DNA of 64,000 nucleotides from Dehalococcoidia bacterium (GTDB lineage Bacteria; Chloroflexota; Dehalococcoidia; SHYD01): NCBI GenBank assembly GCA_009692945.1, contig SHYD01000002.1, positions 25,027 to 89,026 of the forward strand, read 5' to 3'. Shown piece by piece: positions 61,051 to 64,000 of this stretch (position 1 is its first letter; each line of letters starts with the position of its first letter). The notes under the pieces were generated by a model. It saw only the letters and a program-made list of their open reading frames with translations, ran no database searches and was not told where the DNA came from. The position numbers and the translations under genes were made by a program.

Positions 61051-64000
61051 TTATCCCCAATCCTTCGACCGTGGCGGCTTGGTGAGCGCCCGGAGGGCAC
61101 GGGCCCGCTGCACCACCACGTTGAAGGTGCCCTCCCGGCGGGAGACGGTCCCGGTGACGGTGATGAAGGGCTCCTTGAGGTGCAGCTTGAAGCGCTGGTA
61201 CACGTCGGGCCACACCACCAGCGGCGTGTGGCCGAACTCGTCCTCGATGGTGAGGAAGATGGCGTGGGATACCGGGTGCTGCCGCCGCACCACCAGCCCC
61301 GCGGTGGTCACCGCTGCGCCCTCGGGGAACTTCCGCAGCGCGTGGCTGGGCAGCACGCCCTCGCCCAGGCGGCGGCGCAGGTGCGCCATGACGTGCCCCT
61401 CGGGGTGGATGCCCATGGAGCGGTACTCCGCCTCCATCCGCTCCCAGGGAGTCTGAGCGGGGACATTCAGGAAGTCGGGGGACACATCGAACCCGAGGGC
61501 GAACTGCCCCTGCACCGGCCGGTAGCGCAGCCCCACCTCCTGCAGCACCGCCCGCCGGTCCGGGTTGAGGGCATCGAATGCCCCGGCGTCCACCAGGTTC
61601 TCCACGCCCCGCTGCACCAGGCCGGTGCGCTCCATGAAATCGGCCACGCTGTCGAAGGGGCGTTTGCCCCGCACCTGCACGATGCGCCGCGCCACCGTGT
61701 CGCCGATACCATCGACATAGAGGAAGCCCAGCCGCAGCGCAGCGCCGTCGGGGATGCACTTCGTCAGACTGCGGTTGACGTCCGGGTTGAGGATGGGCAC
61801 CTCGTGGCGCTTGGCGTCCTCCTTGAGGGTTTCCGGGTTCCAGAACCCCATGGGCTGCTCGTTGAAGAGGCCCACGTAGAACTCCAGCGGATAGTAGCGC
61901 TTGAGCCACGACGCCTGATAGGCGGTCACCCCGAAGGCGAAGGCGTGGGCCTCGGGGAACATGTACTCTCCATTGAACTTCCGGAAAATGGCCTGGGCCG
62001 CCTGCAAGGGCACGCCCTTTCCGGCCGCCCCGTCACGGAACTTCTGCCAGTACTGCGCGAGAATTTCCCGGTTGCGGTGCTTGGTGAAGGCCCGCCGCAG
62101 TTGGTCCGCCTCGCCCGCGGTGAACCCGGCCACGTCCATGCACACCGCGTTCACCTGGTCCTGGAACAGGATGACGCCGTGGGTGCGCTCCAGCGCCCGG
62201 CGTTCCAGCGGATGGTCGTACTCATCGGGCGCTTTGCCCGCCCGCCGCGCCAGGTACTTGCTCACCCCGTTGTGCACGCCGACGCCGGGGCGGACGCAGG
62301 CCACCTCGTGGGCCATGTCCACCAGGTCCTTGGGCAGCAGCCGCACGATGGTCTGCATCTGCGCCGCCGATTCCACCTGGAAGATGCCGATGGTGTCCGC
62401 CTCATGGAGCATCCGGTAGACCACCGGGTCCTCGAAGTCGATGCGTGACAGGTCGATCCGTTTGCCGTCCCGGGCGGCGATGAGCGACACCGCCTCCTGC
62501 ATCTGGCTGAGCGCGCCCAGCGCCAGGAAGTCGATCTTCACCATGCCGGCGTCGTCCACGCTGTCCTTGTCCCACTGGCACATGAAGCGGCCGTCGATGG
62601 CCCCCGGCTGCACCGGCACCAGGTCGATGAGAGGGGTGGAGGAGATGATCATCCCGCCCGGGTGCTGCGCCAGCCCCTTGGGGAGGCCGTCCAACTGCTC
62701 GGCCAGGTCGATGAAGTCCCGCCAGCCGGGCAGGTCCACCTTGCCCTTGAAGTCGGGCATGCTCAGCATCTCAGCGCGCAGGTCGTCGCCGGTCATGCGG
62801 TCCACCCGCTTGGCCAGCTTGTCGGTGTCCTCTGCCGGCAGCCCCAGCGCCTTGCCCAGGTCCCGGATCACGCCGCGGGCCTTGTAGGTGCTGATCATGC
62901 CGGTGAGGGCGGCGTGGTCCCAGCCCCACCGGGCGTGGACCCGCTTGATCAGCTCCTCCCGGATGTTGCGGGGGAAATCGAGGTCGATGTCCGGCGGGGT
63001 GGTGGCATCGCCCGGCAGGAAGCGCTCCAGTGACAGGTTGTACTGTAGCGGGTCGATGTGGGACAGCCCGATGAGGTAGCCGATGAGCATCGCCACCGAG
63101 GAGCCCCGGCCGCGGCCCGGAGGGTTCTCCTCCAGGGGCCGTCCCGGCTCCGCCAGCCCCAGGTCCAGCATCACCTGATGGGCGATCTCGATGACGTCCC
63201 GGTAGATCAGGAAGAAACCAGCCAGGTTCTGCCGCCGCACCAGCGCCATCTCCTCCGCCAGCCGCGCCTCCACCCGCTCGGTCACCCGCCCGTAGCGGCG
63301 GCGGGCGGCCTGATAGCAGAGCTCGGCCAGGTAGCTCTCCGGGGTGTGCCCGTTGGGGGCCGGGTAGAGCGGGAACTGGTAAGCCAGGTCCTGGGTGATG
63401 TCGAACTCGCAGCGCTCGGCGACGGCCAGCGTGTTGCGGAGCGCCTCCGGGCACCCCTCGAACAGTTCCGCCATGGCGGCGGGCGGTTTGAGGTAGAACT
63501 CGCGGTTGGGGCGGCGCTCCCGGTGGCTCTCCTCCAGGCTGCGACACGCCTTGATGGCCACCAGGCAGTCCTGCAGCCGGTGGCGTTCCTGGATGTCGTA
63601 GTGGGCGTTGTTGGTGGCCACCACCGGGATGCCCAAACGCCCGCCCAGCGCCCGCAGCCTATTGAGACGCGCATCGTCGCCGTGGACCAGGTTGTGCTGG
63701 AGTTCGAGGTAGAAGGCATCGCCGAACCAGCCCTGGTACCGCACGGCGGCGGCCTCGGCTTCGAGGTGCCGGCCCGCCGCCGTCAGCGCCGGCACCTCGC
63801 CCTTGGCGCAGCCGGAGAGGGCGATGAGCCCCCCGGCGTGCGCGGCCAGCAGCGATTCATCGAGTTCGGGATGGCGCCGGTCGGTCTGGGTGTGGGCGTA
63901 GGAGAGGAGGCGGCTCAGGTGGTTGTAGCCCTCTCGTGTGGCCGCCAGCAGCGTCAGGTGATGGCCGCCCCGCAGCGTCACCTCGGCGCCGGTGACCGGT
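61051..64000 (-). CDS. dnaE2: DNA polymerase III alpha-subunit homolog, DnaE2/ImuC-like; N-terminus outside window
   Basis: 'FYLELQHNLVHGDD...IPVVATNNAHY', 'GRGSSVAMLIGYLIGLSHIDP', and an OB-fold at the extreme C-terminus with no tau-binding tail. The frame is open to base 64000. Confidence 0.7.
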   Translation of the reverse strand, partial: PVTGAEVTLRGGHHLTLLAATREGYNHLSRLLSYAHTQTDRRHPELDESLLAAHAGGLIALSGCAKGEVPALTAAGRHLEAEAAAVRYQGWFGDAFYLELQHNLVHGDDARLNRLRALGGRLGIPVVATNNAHYDIQERHRLQDCLVAIKACRSLEESHRERRPNREFYLKPPAAMAELFEGCPEALRNTLAVAERCEFDITQDLAYQFPLYPAPNGHTPESYLAELCYQAARRRYGRVTERVEARLAEEMALVRRQNLAGFFLIYRDVIEIAHQVMLDLGLAEPGRPLEENPPGRGRGSSVAMLIGYLIGLSHIDPLQYNLSLERFLPGDATTPPDIDLDFPRNIREELIKRVHARWGWDHAALTGMISTYKARGVIRDLGKALGLPAEDTDKLAKRVDRMTGDDLRAEMLSMPDFKGKVDLPGWRDFIDLAEQLDGLPKGLAQHPGGMIISSTPLIDLVPVQPGAIDGRFMCQWDKDSVDDAGMVKIDFLALGALSQMQEAVSLIAARDGKRIDLSRIDFEDPVVYRMLHEADTIGIFQVESAAQMQTIVRLLPKDLVDMAHEVACVRPGVGVHNGVSKYLARRAGKAPDEYDHPLERRALERTHGVILFQDQVNAVCMDVAGFTAGEADQLRRAFTKHRNREILAQYWQKFRDGAAGKGVPLQAAQAIFRKFNGEYMFPEAHAFAFGVTAYQASWLKRYYPLEFYVGLFNEQPMGFWNPETLKEDAKRHEVPILNPDVNRSLTKCIPDGAALRLGFLYVDGIGDTVARRIVQVRGKRPFDSVADFMERTGLVQRGVENLVDAGAFDALNPDRRAVLQEVGLRYRPVQGQFALGFDVSPDFLNVPAQTPWERMEAEYRSMGIHPEGHVMAHLRRRLGEGVLPSHALRKFPEGAAVTTAGLVVRRQHPVSHAIFLTIEDEFGHTPLVVWPDVYQRFKLHLKEPFITVTGTVSRREGTFNVVVQRARALRALTKPPRSKDWG

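Overview
High-GC bacterial chromosomal window. GGAGG ribosome-binding sites, CCA-encoded tRNAs and 'cgcagat'-type junk repeats suggest Chloroflexota, but that is only a guess. The content is mostly core metabolism:
- Housekeeping genes: greA, lysS, leuS, rsmD-coaD, htrA, and tRNA-Leu(CAG), tRNA-Arg(GCG), tRNA-Ala(GGC).
- A succinate dehydrogenase, sdhA-sdhB plus an HdrB-like CCG subunit, with no cytochrome b anchor in the cluster.
- A his operon (hisZ-hisG-orf-hisD-hisC-hisB) and a purine cluster (guaA-purD-purE-purB-purC-orf-purS).
- An eroded NHEJ locus: LigD-polymerase remnant, ku, a ligase with aberrant catalytic motifs, and a DUF72 pseudogene.
- Two paralogous Rieske-oxygenase + Gfo/Idh/MocA-dehydrogenase cassettes.
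- A module of two hydantoin-racemase-like paralogs, a family-5 solute-binding protein and a tandem RidA gene.
- A partial DnaE2-like polymerase at the right edge.

The most unusual signal is a very dense family of about 100-190 bp GC-hairpin, MITE-like interspersed repeats. I count about 20 copies or fragments in three related module types. They fill almost every intergenic gap, interrupt the his operon, and abut several truncated genes. I cannot assign them to a named family from memory.

Four frameshifted genes or gene segments are each repaired by adding one G to a short G-run. Homopolymer undercalling in the assembly is therefore a serious alternative to real pseudogenisation. No CRISPR array, prophage or recognisable defence island was seen. 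Many long ORFs in the six-frame track are antisense artefacts of high GC.
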